From Octopus sinensis (taxonomy: Eukaryota): a stretch of DNA of 25,870 nt. A program made the position numbers and the translations under genes. The first letter of the stretch is position 1; every line of letters begins with the position of its first letter. Below the pieces are notes generated by a model, which saw nothing but the letters and a program-made list of their open reading frames with translations, did no database searches and was not told where the DNA came from. Of the stretch, positions 11,152 through 21,845 are shown piece by piece. The DNA lies in the NCBI RefSeq assembly GCF_006345805.1, contig NW_021836082.1:1-25870 (forward strand). Direction: 5' to 3'.

Positions 11152-11410
11152 CCCACCACCATTATAGGTGTCTACTCTTTGAACCCCCCTCTTCAATACG
11201 CTATTATTTCACCATGCATTACCCCTCTCTCGATATCCTACGTTCTACTTGCCTAGAACCTGTCCTCTGAACCACCCCCCACCACCATTATAGGTGTCTA
11301 CTATTCGAAGCCCCCTCTTCAATACGCTATTTCATTCATTCACCATGCATTACCCCTCTCTCGGTATCCTACGTTCTACCTGCCTAGTACCCTGTCCCCC
11401 TCTGAACCAT
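11152..11410. repeat. Tandem duplication of a ~126-bp unit
   Basis: cccaccaccattataggtgtctact starts at 11152 and 11278. Confidence 0.9.
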
Positions 11411-11450
11411 CCCTCCCACTGGTGCTCCCCTATATTTCTGCACCCCCCCC

Positions 11451-11694
11451 CATAAAAAGCACCATCCGATCGTACGTGCCGATGCCAGACCCGCTTGGCA
11501 CCTGTGCAGGTGGCACGTAAAAAACACCCACTACACTCGCGAGTGGTTGGCGTTAGGAAGGGCATCCAGCTGTAGAAACACTGCCAGACTAGACTGGAGC
11601 CTGGGGCAGTCCCGAGCTCCCCAGACCCCGGTCGAAACCGTCCAACCCGTGCTAGCGCGGAAAACGGACGTTAAATGATGATGATGATGATGAT
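11451..11694 (+). mobile_element. RTE 3' tail
   Basis: gtggttggcgttaggaagggcatccagctgtagaaac...ccgtccaacccgtgctagc...ggacgttaaa(TGA)n. Confidence 0.88.
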
Positions 11695-11961
11695 GATATA
11701 CATAAACATAAACATATGTGTGTTTATATGTTGACAGGAAAATGTCCACAAGCCTCACCGTTTATAGCTCAGCAGGTTTTCTTTTCTTTTGGTTTGCTTT
11801 TTGGGGGACAATCTAGAACAGTGTTCCTCAACTGTTTTATCTTTGCATAAACCTTAAAATAAATTACATGTGTGAAGGAACACCTGCACCAAAAAATTAT
11901 ATATCAAAACTTTCTTATAATTTTTCATCATAGTTCACAGAGTAAATATCATATATATATA

Positions 11962-12122
11962 GGCGCAGGAGTGGCTGTGTGGTAAGTAGCTTGTTTACCA
12001 ACCACATGGTTCCTGGTTCAGACCCACTGCGTGGCACCTTGGGCAAGTGTCTTCTACTATAGCTTTGGGCCAACCAAAGCCTTGTGAGTGGATTTGGTAG
12101 ATGGAAACTGAAAGAAGCTTGT

Positions 12123-12156
<34 letters not shown>

Positions 12157-12297
12157 TATATTTGTGTGTCTGTGTTTGCCCCCACCCCATCACTTGATAA
12201 CTGATACTAGTGTGTTTATATCCCTGTTCGAATTGTTTGACTAAAGGCGGTGCTCCAGCATGGCCACAATCAAATGACTGAGACAAATAAAAGAATA
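11962..12297 (+). mobile_element. Full-length tRNA-derived SINE with CORE-like segment and internal (TA)n
   Basis: ggcgcaggagtggctgtgtggtaag head, ggttcagaccc B-box-like, gcaccttgggcaagtgtctt (resembles CORE gaccttgggcaagtcactt), tail aaataaaagaata. Confidence 0.85.
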
Positions 12298-12302
12298 TAT
12301 AT

Positions 12303-12606
12303 ATAGCCTCGGGCCAACCAAAGCCTTGTGGGTGGATTTGGTAGCCGGAAACTGAAAGAAGCCCGTCGTATATATGTATATATATATGTATGTGTGTGTA
12401 TATGTTTGTGTGTCTGTGTTTATCCCCCAACATCACTTGACAACCGATGCTGGTGTGTTTATGTCCCCCGTAACTTAACGGTTCGGCAAAAGAGAACGAC
12501 AGAATAAATACTAGGCTTACAAAGAATAAATCCTGGAGTTGATTTGCTCGACTAAAGGCTGTGCTCCAGCATGGCTGCGGTCAAATGACTTAAACAAGTA
12601 AAAGAG
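12303..12606 (+). mobile_element. Headless tandem copy of the 11962 SINE
   Basis: Repeats from atagcctcgggccaaccaaagcc to the gactaaagg...caaatgact tail. Confidence 0.8.
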
Positions 12607-12885
12607 TTAAGTGAGAGGGAGTGTGTGTGTGTATATATATATATTTATATATATATATATGTATATATATGTATATATGTGTATATATATGTATATATAT
12701 GTATCATCATCATCATCATCATCATCATCATTTAACGTCCGCTTTCCATGCTAGCATGGGTTGGACGGTTCAACTGGGGTCTGGCAAGCCCGAAGGCTGC
12801 ACCAGGCCAGTCAGATCTGGCAGTGTTTCTACAGCTGGATGCCCTTCCTAACGCCAACCACTCCGAGAGTGTAGTGGGTGATTTT

Positions 12886-13170
12886 ATGTGCCACTGACAC
12901 AGGTGCCAGACGAGGCTGGCAGACGGCCACGTTCGGATGGTGTTTTTTATGTGCCACCGACACAGGTGCCAGACGAGGCTGGCAGACGGCCACGCTCGGA
13001 TGGTGTTTTCTTATGTGCCACCGACACAGGTGCCAGACGAGGCTGGCGAACGGCCACGATCGGATGGTGTTTGTTATGTGCCCACAGCACGGAGGCCGGT
13101 CGATGCGGTACTGGCTACGGTCACGTTCGGATGGTTTTCTTATGTGCCACCGGCACTGGTACCACAAGGA
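12886..13170. repeat. ~63-bp VNTR in the RTE 3' UTR, ~4.5 copies
   Basis: atgtgcc at 12886, 12949, 13013, 13076 and 13142. Confidence 0.9.
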
Positions 13171-13332
13171 TACAAATTCCATTGATGTTCATCTATTTTG
13201 ATTTGGTTTGATTTGATTTGATTTGATTTGATTTTCACTTGCCTCAACAGGTCTTCACAAGTGTCACAAGAAGGAAGGTATGCACAGGTGGACTGACTAC
13301 GTCCCAGGTAGGGGCCACATGTTATGGCTTCA

Positions 13333-16146
13333 CTAGTCTTGCCGGGTCTTCTCACGCACAGCATACTTCCATAGGTCTCGGTCTCTAGTCTTTTCCATGG
13401 TGAGACCTAACGTTCGAAGGTCGTGCTTCACCACCTCGTCCCAGGTTTTCCTAGGTCTACCTCTTCCACGGGTTCCCTCAACTGCTAGGGATTGGCATTT
13501 TCTCACACACTTATCTTCATCCATTCTCGCCACATGACCATACCAGCGCAATCGTCTCTCTTGCGCACCACAACTGATGCTTCTTAGGTACAACATTTCT
13601 CTCAAGGAACTAACGCTCTGTCGAGTAAGTACACTGACATTACACATCCATCGGAGCATACTGGCTTCATTCCTCATGAGCTTACGCATGTCCTCAGCAG
13701 TCACGGCCCTGTTTCACTGCCATGTAGCATGGCAGTTCGTACACATGCATCATACAGTCTGCCTTTTACTCTGAGCGAGAGGCCTTTAGTCACCAGCAGA
13801 GGTAAGAGCTCCCTAAAATTTGCCCAGGCTATTCTTATTCTAGCAGTTACACTCTCAGCGCACCCACTCCCACTACTGACTTGGTCACCTAGATAACGGA
13901 AGCTATCAACTACTTCTAGTTTTTCCCCCTGGAAAGTGACGGAAGTTGTTTTCTGCAGATTTTTGGAGGTCAATGCTCCCGAGCATCTGCCACATACAAA
14001 AAACTATCTTCCCAGTTAGCCTACCTTTGACATTGCTGCACCTCTATGTCCATAGCTTACACTGGGTACATCTTATAGAGTTTCTACCCACACCTTTTCT
14101 ACAGATCGAGCAGGGCCATCTTCCTGAGGAAATTGTGGATTGTCTACCTTTCTACTTATTAGTACTTTGGTTTTAGCTAGGTTGACTCTAAGGCCCCTCG
14201 ATTCTAAACCCTCCTTCCACACCTGGAACTTCTCCTCCAGTTCTGATAGTGACTCAGCAATTAGAGCAAGGTCGTCAGCATAGAGGAGCTCCCAGGGGCA
14301 ACCTGTCTTGAATTCCTCCACAATTGCCTGGAGGACTATGGGAGGGGGCTGAGTACTGAACCCTGGTGGACCCCAACCTCTACTTTGAATTCTTCTGTGT
14401 ACATGTTGCCAACCCTAACCTTACTTACGGCATCTCTGTACATGGCTTGCACAGCCCTCACCAGCCATTCATCTATCCCTAGTTTCCTCATTGACCACCA
14501 GATGAAGGAAAGCCAGGTACAGGGGCTTATCTTTGGCTAGGTATTTCTCCTGCAGCTGCCTTACCAGGAATATAGCATCAGTGGTGCTTTTCCCTGGCAC
14601 GAACCCAAACTGCATCTCATCTAAACTAACTCTCTCTAATTAGTTGGGCTATGACCCTCTCCGTGACCTTCATTACCTGATCCAACAGCTTGATACCTCT
14701 GTAATTATTTGTATTTAGGGCATCACCTTTACCTTTGTAGCAGTTGACTAGTATGCTGCTACACCAGTCATTGGGTATGACTCCTTCGTGTATCACCTGG
14801 TTGACTATACGGGTGACTAGGTTTAGCCGACAGCCAGATATTTTGAGCATCTCTGCAGTAATCCTGATGGGCCTGGCTTTCCCTGTCTTATGTTCTAATT
14901 GCCTTAGCTACCACGGAACTATCAACTCGGATAGCTGGTCCCTCTGTTGGGTCAACATTCGGCAGACTCTCTTTATCCCATTCATTTTCTTTATTCAGCA
15001 ACCTTTCATAGTGGCATCTCCAAACCTCTCTCTTTGCATCCTCATTTAGCGCAAGTGAACCATCATCCATGCGAACACACTTCTCTCCTACCACATCACA
15101 ATTCTCTCTCACACACTGTCTTGCAACACGAAATACCTCAAGTCTTTCATCCACACAGCTCAGAACATTGGCAAATTTTTTCTTATCCGCTTCCCCTCTG
15201 GCTAAATAAACCTGTCTCCTAGCTTCCCTTCTGGCTGTCTGATACAATTCCCTGCTACCACCGTTCTTCCAGTCCTTCCAAGCCTGTCTCTTTTGTCTAA
15301 TAGCCCTGTCAACCACAGTGTTCCACCACTATGTTACTCTGGGTCGAGATGGTACTTTGCTCTATCCACAGATCTGGTCAGTGGCTGTCAGCAGATTGTC
15401 CCGTAGAAATCTCCAGTTGTCTTCCACATTAAGTGAAGCTATATCCCCTTCTATTTCGTCAAAGGCTTCGAGTAGTATGTCTCTAAATCTCTGTCCATTT
15501 GCAGGATCTTTAAGCTTCCAGACCCTTCTCCTCCAAGCTGGTCTTCTTCTGGGCAACCATTTAGCTCTGATCCTGAAGTCGCTTACTACTAATCTATGTT
15601 GAGGAGTACATTCTTCGCCTGGAAAGGTTTTGGCATTTATAATCAGCCCTCTTTCCCTTTTTCTGGCAAGGATGTAGTCAATCTGGCTGGTGTGTCTGCC
15701 AGAACGGTAGGTGACTAGGTGAGAGGTGGGTTTCCTGAAGTTGGTATTGCAGACCATAAGGTCATTTGCATCGCAGAACTCCAGCAGCCTGGTTCCCTCC
15801 TCATTACGAGAGCCAAAACCGTAGCCTCCATGGACGCCATGGAAGCCCCCGACATGCCGTCCAACATGTCCATTGAAATCACCTGCCACGAAGAGAAGGT
15901 CACTGTCATTTGTCAACGAGGTAGTCCGCAATAGGGTGTCATAAAATTGGTCTTTTTGTCCTTCCGGTAGCCCTGGTTGAGGGGCATATGCCGAGATGAT
16001 GGTAGCTGTCCTATGGTGAAGGACTAATCTAATTTTAATTACTCTGTCACATACTCTGACTACCTCGATTACCTTACCTACCCATTTCTCCGCAAGAAGT
16101 ATACCCACGCCCCCGACCCCGTCAGTGTTCCCTGCCCAGAAAATCT

Positions 16147-16147
<1 letters not shown>
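13333..16147 (-). pseudogene. Disrupted RTE EN-RT polyprotein
   Basis: Split across ORFs 15362..16306, 14888..15316, 14626..14850, 14073..14321, 13701..13973 and 13333..13704, with frameshifts and a deletion of RT motif A near 14505. Confidence 0.92.
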
Positions 16148-16200
<53 letters not shown>

Positions 16201-16235
16201 ACATATGTATGGGATTGAACCTGTGCCCAATGTCA

Positions 16236-16277
<42 letters not shown>

Positions 16278-16611
16278 ATATATATATATATATAATATAT
16301 ATACATGTATGTATGTATATAAACAGACAGACAGGTAAGTGGGGTGGGAGGAATGAGATAATGATGGGGGATAAGGGCAAGTTAGTGAAAGGTTGGATAG
16401 GAGAAACAGAGATCGTGAAAGAGTAAAGATGGTGAAGATGATGATGATGGTAATGGTGATGGTAGTGGTATTGATGATCATGGTAGTTGTGGTGGTAATG
16501 ATGATGATGATAATGATGACGCTCATCATCATTATCATTATTGCACCATATTTATCAATATGGTGTAATGAAAATTGTGGAGATGCAGAACAAACAAGAA
16601 TGGGTGGACTC

Positions 16612-16642
<31 letters not shown>

Positions 16643-16645
16643 GAG

Positions 16646-16680
<35 letters not shown>

Positions 16681-17093
16681 AGGAATTGTGTGTGTGTGTG
16701 TGAGACTGAAGTGTAAGTTGTCAGAAACTAATTGAAATGTTGCCTCAGGCTCCAGACATACCACTTGCTCTTACAACCAGAAATATATTCCTTTAGATAT
16801 ATATTTTCTTCTTGAGGAACCCCATCGAATGGCGGAATTGGTAGATTTAACAGACAATTATGATTTGCTATGATTGAGTTTGTGGTCTGATTCCATGCCA
16901 ATTCCAAATCTTGTCACATTTGATAAAATAAGTACCAAATGTCAAATTAGCAGAGCCATCAGAACCATATGGGATGTGAGCATGACATTCTTGGGGAGAA
17001 ACTTGCTTTCCAACCATATGGCCTTGGATTCAGTCCCACCAGCCAACTAAAACCTTTGTACGGATTTGGTAAGCAGAAACTAAAAGAAGCCTG

Positions 17094-17134
<41 letters not shown>

Positions 17135-17545
17135 ATAGTATAGTGATCTCGCTCGCTTTGTGGCCATTTTCTCCCCTGTCAGTATATGAAAATGTGCTTT
17201 CTTGCAGCTCCAAAGTTTTTTAACTCTTATTTCTAGCAATGTAGACACTACGTGACACCCTCAGTCACAATTACTGACAATTGAATTTTTCCTTTTTTGT
17301 TTTATATTGTGTATAGCTGTCTTTGTTATTTTATACACACACACACACATATATATATCTTTTACTGTGGCACCACCTTGGAGAATTTTAGTCAAATGAA
17401 TTGACCAGTACTTTTTTTTTGTTAAGCCTGGTACTTATACTGTCAATCTCTTTGCCAAACTGCTAAGTTACAGGACATAAACTCACTAACACCTGTTGCC
17501 AAGCATTGTGATGGGGAACAAATACAGACACACCATCTTTAGGAG

Positions 17546-17582
<37 letters not shown>

Positions 17583-17589
17583 ATATATA

Positions 17590-17752
17590 TATATGATGGG
17601 CTTCATGCAGTTTCTATCTACTAAATTCACTCACAAGGCTTTTGATCAGCCCAAGGTTATAATAGAAGACATTTGCCCAGAGTGCCACACAGTTGGACTG
17701 AACCTGGAACCATGTAGTTGGGAAGCAAGCTTCTTACCATACAGCCATGCCT
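17590..17752 (-). mobile_element. Decayed SINE (11962 family)
   Basis: gggcttc...aaattcactcacaaggctttg...tgggactgaacc-like...ttaccatacagccatgcctg. Confidence 0.75.
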
Positions 17753-18504
17753 GTGTTCTTTTTTATACCAACGCCACACCTAGAACCAGCCCTGAGTCGG
17801 ATCTAAAGTTTAAACTGGATTTGGCACTTACTAACATGATACTTTACTGATTCTTCTACCTCACTGTAAACTCTATGTTATTGTACCTAGCCATTTCTGA
17901 TGCCCTACTTGTTGATATGCCTACATTCTAAAAGGTAATGAGTAAAGACCTCCTTCAGTCATGAACGACCATGGGGTTGCACCTAGAAAGTTCCCTTCCG
18001 AGGCACAAGTCTGGGCAAGGTTGTTTGTGAAAAACTCGCAGTCACCCATGCATACCAGCCTCCCCACTCCATGCCACCAATGTTATCCAAGGCAAAGGCT
18101 TGGCACCAGCGATGTTGCAACTCATTTCTACAGCTGAGTGAACTGGAGCAATGTGAAATAAAGTGTCTTGCTCAAGAACACAACACATTGCCCAATCTGA
18201 GAATCGAACTCATTATCTCATGGTTGTGAATCCTATGCCGTAACCCAGTGTTTTCCAAACCTTTCATTTATATTTTATAAATATATAACTTGTAAGCAAA
18301 GTAAAATACATTTTCACGAGAAATGTGAGTTATCATTTATCGATAATAATCTGTAAATATTTGCAAGGATTAATAAAAAAAGAAATTATTATAACTTACT
18401 GTTTCAGTGAGATACATGACCTTGATGGGAAGAACAGAGATTTTGGATATTCGGTGGAATAGTAGACAATGGCATGCATTTCATTATCAAGCATTTTCAC
18501 TTTT

Positions 18505-19020
18505 CTATATTTTGATGTATAAGTTTTGCGTTGCTGAAAAAGATGCTTCACAAATGTATGTAGTAGAAAATTGCAAAAGAATTTGTAAAGCTTTTTTAGC
18601 TAGGTTTGAATGCTTCTTTGAGACATGAATCCAAAAGTTCTGTAAGTTCCCCTCTTCATAAATCAATAACAGACACCGATCATTCTTGATTTCAGCTAGT
18701 TCTTCGGTAAGTGAAAAATCAATCGTTGCAGTTGCAAGAAATAGATTTCTGATCCAATCATAGTTTTGGATTTCAATATTTGGAAAATAATAATCAAGTT
18801 TTTCTCTAAGCAATGTTAAATGGTCAACAATTAACAAGTTTTGGAAAACATTTCAAAATTTCCTTCTTTTATTTTGCATTTCCAAATTGTTATCTCGTCT
18901 CTCAAAGCATAGATTTTATCAGCCGATGTTAAGATATTTTCTGCTTTTCCTTGCATACCTATGTTCATTAGAACAAATTTTGTTAATTAGAAATGCCATC
19001 TTCTGCAACTTTTCTTTTCA
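18505..19020 (-). pseudogene. hAT transposase C-terminal remnant (dimerisation domain)
   Basis: FWIHVSKKHSNLAKKALQILLQFSTTYICEASFSA; upstream MQGKAENILTSADKIYALRDEITIWKCKIKEGNFEMF. Confidence 0.9.
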
Positions 19021-19507
19021 TAATTAAAAACTTATCCATTTTATTGGTAATTTAATTACAATTTATGAATAAAACTAAGTTGATTTATTATAAAGTTATG
19101 ATAACTAAACATGTAATTAATTTCACCGGCACTAAGCATGATAAAATTAGAGATGGCAAGTTGCACTTAATTAGAACACCCAGTTCCTAAGGCTAAGCTT
19201 GCGAGACTGATGAACAAGGGACAAGAGTGTCATGAGTTAAAATGTGATTTCATAATTATTAATTCACCCCCAGTAATGCATAATACCAGTATAGGTGAGC
19301 AATAACTTTAGGCAATTTGAAAGCAGTTCTAGTGTGCGGATTTGCACAGGTGAGGATTTGCAAATTTTTAATTGATTTTCAGTTTACTTCAGATAAGAGA
19401 AGAGTGTTTGCAATATATTAATTCTTTTCAGTTCTATATTTAAGAGATGAGGAATTAGGTACATTATTTACATTTGACAGGTATTTGTCCTCATCTTGTT
19501 TGTTGTT

Positions 19508-19553
19508 AACACAACGTTTCAGCTGATATATCCTCCAGGCTTCATCAGCTGTC
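19508..19553 (-). ncRNA. Minimal type I hammerhead motif, canonical C3-G8 core (stem I and II lesions)
   Basis: GACAG CUGAUGA A GCCUG-GAGGAUAUAU-CAGCU GAAAC GUU| GUGUU. Confidence 0.65.
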
Positions 19554-19806
19554 TTGGGAAAATTGCGAACCTGGGTTCTCATTCCTAAGGTACTTTTTGG
19601 TGTTCTTGTTATTATTATTAATTTATTCACCACGCATATGGCGTAGTGGTTAATTTATTCACTACGCATATGGCATAGTGGTTAAGAGTGCAGGCTACTA
19701 ACCCCAAAATTCCGAGTTCGATTCCCAGTAGTGACCTGAATAAATTAATAATAACAACACCGAAAAATACCTTAGGAATGAGAACCCAGGTTCGTAATTT
19801 CCCCAA

Positions 19807-19852
19807 GACACCTGATGAAGGCTGGAGGGTATATCAGCTGAAACATTGTGTT
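19807..19852 (+). ncRNA. Minimal type I hammerhead motif, canonical C3-G8 core (stem III lesion)
   Basis: GACAC CUGAUGA A GGCUG-GAGGGUAUAU-CAGCU GAAAC AUU| GUGUU. Confidence 0.7.
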
Positions 19853-20891
19853 AACAACAAACAAGATGACAAATATCCATCAAATGTAAATAATTCTTTT
19901 ACATTGAATAAACTACAATGAAAACGAGCATTATTTAATGAAGATTACTTGTGCCTTTCTTCTTTTTTTTTTTTAATCTTGCCTCCAAACATTAAATGGG
20001 AAACAATAGCTAACAGGTACATTCATTGATAGGTTTGCTAACAAACAGATTCTGAAAAGCTGAAACAAATTGGTATTGTGTATTTTATATACTGGTTTCC
20101 TGTAGGTTTGTGACACACTCACACCCTACTGGCGGCACACAGTTTGGAAAACACTGCTCTAACCACTGAGCCATGCACCTAGATTCTAATGAAACTTATA
20201 ACTAATCAGTATATCATCATCATCATCATCATTTAACATCTGTTTTCCATGCTGGCATGGGTTAGACAGCTTGACCAGAAACTGGTAAGGCCAGCGCCTG
20301 TTTCTTCAAGGCGGTGCCCCAGCATGGCCGCAGTCTCATATACCCGCATAAGCAAGCATGTCAGACAGCTGTTGCAGTGTGTGGAGCGAAGCAGTGGGAG
20401 AATAACGAGTTAAATGTTCATTGTTGAACGTTCTGGTGGGTTTCCCAAATATTCTTTGTTGATGTGTGTGTGTATGTGTGTGTGTGTGTGTGTGTGTGCG
20501 CGTGTGTGTGTGTGAGTGTGTGTGTGTGTTGGGGTTATTGATATCTGTTGGGTCCCCTACTTAGCTGTTTTCCACAGATCCATATCACCACCATAACTAT
20601 TATTAGTAATGGAATATCTCAACTGGATATGGCCGGTTTAAGTGCTAACGGGGTTAATCCAAGGCTGTCAAGCACACATGATGCTCAGGTCACATCCAGC
20701 CTGCAAGTTGCACCCAATCTGCATTTTTGCAACAAGCCTGTTGCAATGCACTGTTAGATTAGAGACCCCCCCCCAAAAAAAAATATTGTGAATGGCAAGG
20801 AAATTCATATCTTTTTTAATTCTATTCCTCTAGCTTTTATTTGCTTTTTTTCATTTTTTCCCTGTTAACCCTTTCTCTCTCATCTGGCTTC

Positions 20892-20928
<37 letters not shown>

Positions 20929-21309
20929 CTCTCTCCTCTCTCTCGTTTTACTTTCTTTTCTTCTCCCTTCCCCTCTTTGTCATCCTTCTCTTTTTTCCAA
21001 TCCTCCCCCCACACATACACTTCTCTTCTCTCTCTCCCTTTGCTCTCATTCAGCCAGTCCCACTCCTGACTATCCCCATGTCCTTGTAGACAATCCCTGC
21101 AAAATGTCAAATGTTAAATCTCTAATTTCACATTGGTGATATGGAAGGGGTTGCAGGGGCTGTGGGGAGGGGTGAGAGAGAGAGAGAGAGAGAGAGCATG
21201 TCTGTTTGAACTAACAACATCATGTCTTACATCAAAAGCCAACCACCAACACTGCCACAAAAGTTGGCACTGCTACCACCACCACCACCACTACTACTAC
21301 TACTACTTT

Positions 21310-21410
21310 ATCCGAAATGTTTGGGACCGGAAGTGTTTTGGATTCTGAACTGTTTTTTTTTTCTTTTCCTTTTCAGATTTCAGTAAATTTTTTAGGAATT
21401 CGGAAATATT
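21310..21410 (+). mobile_element. Possible pogo/Tigger-like MITE end fragment
   Basis: ttatccgaaatgtttgggaccggaagtgttttggatt recalls Tigger4/MER46-type termini; no matching right end seen. Confidence 0.35.
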
Positions 21411-21736
21411 GTATGTTTTCATTGTGTTCATGCTGGAGCATTGCCATAAAAGGGTTGAGTTGAGCAAAATCAACCCAGGTTCTCTTTTGTTTTATTTTTA
21501 AGTCTGGTACTTATTTTATCAGTTCTTTGGTAGAACTGCTAAGTTATGGGGATGTAAACAAACTAGGGGTGTTAAATATGGACACACATACATACACATA
21601 TATCATAATTTCTCACATACACACACTCATATATATATATATATTTATATATAAACAATTGCAGCGTGGAAGGTGTTTATAAGCCATTTAAGAAACACAC
21701 AAAAGCCGTTCGATTCACTTCAACATTTAAGTTTAA

Positions 21737-21787
21737 TTTGTCAAAATATTTTCGTCGCTTTAAGACCGCGACCTGTTCACTGACAAA
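21737..21787 (-). ncRNA. Minimal type I hammerhead motif, G3-C8 core variant
   Basis: UUUGUCA GUGAACA G GUCGC-GGUCUUAAA-GCGAC GAAAA UA UUU| UGACAAA. Confidence 0.65.
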
Positions 21788-21795
21788 AATCCGTT

Positions 21796-21845
21796 TTTGT
21801 CAGTGAACAGGTCGCGGATTTTAGCGACGAAAATATTTTGACAAA
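21796..21845 (+). ncRNA. Minimal type I hammerhead motif, G3-C8 core variant
   Basis: UUUGUCA GUGAACA G GUCGC-GGAUUUUA-GCGAC GAAAA UA UUU| UGACAAA. Confidence 0.65.

Larger units (their letters stand above)
12703..16150 (-). mobile_element. 5'-truncated, decayed RTE-clade LINE (~3.4 kb) with (GAT)n tail
   Basis: APE endonuclease (SAYAPQ, GDFNGHVG, QIDYIL), RT (WELLYADD, FRYLG), C-terminal RGRGRPRKTW; 3' UTR with (TTTGA)n and 63-bp VNTR. Confidence 0.96.
19429..19890. mobile_element. Foldback element B: tRNA-derived head between two inverted hammerhead-bearing modules, within a 10-bp direct repeat
   Basis: Arms 19463-19629 and 19737-19894 (roughly 90% identical by eye); A boxes at 19639-19649 and 19671-19681, B box at 19714-19724; taattctttt at 19419-19428 and 19891-19900. 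Confidence 0.85.
18246..20156 (-). mobile_element. hAT (Buster/Charlie-like) deletion derivative inserted into a SINE
   Basis: Perfect 15-bp TIRs cagtgttttccaaac; 8-bp flanks ccgtaacc / ctctaacc (6/8); transposase remnant inside; the interrupted SINE resumes at 20157. Confidence 0.92.

Noticed and set aside
12886-13170. CRISPR-like array
   Set aside because: Eukaryotic context, units are tandem with no unique spacers, and it is part of the RTE 3' UTR.
19205-19230. CTGATGA motif inside the hAT element
   Set aside because: No stem II, GAAA or stem I complement.
19633-19736. tRNA gene
   Set aside because: A and B boxes are present but I cannot fold a full cloverleaf with an acceptor stem; it is better explained as a SINE head.
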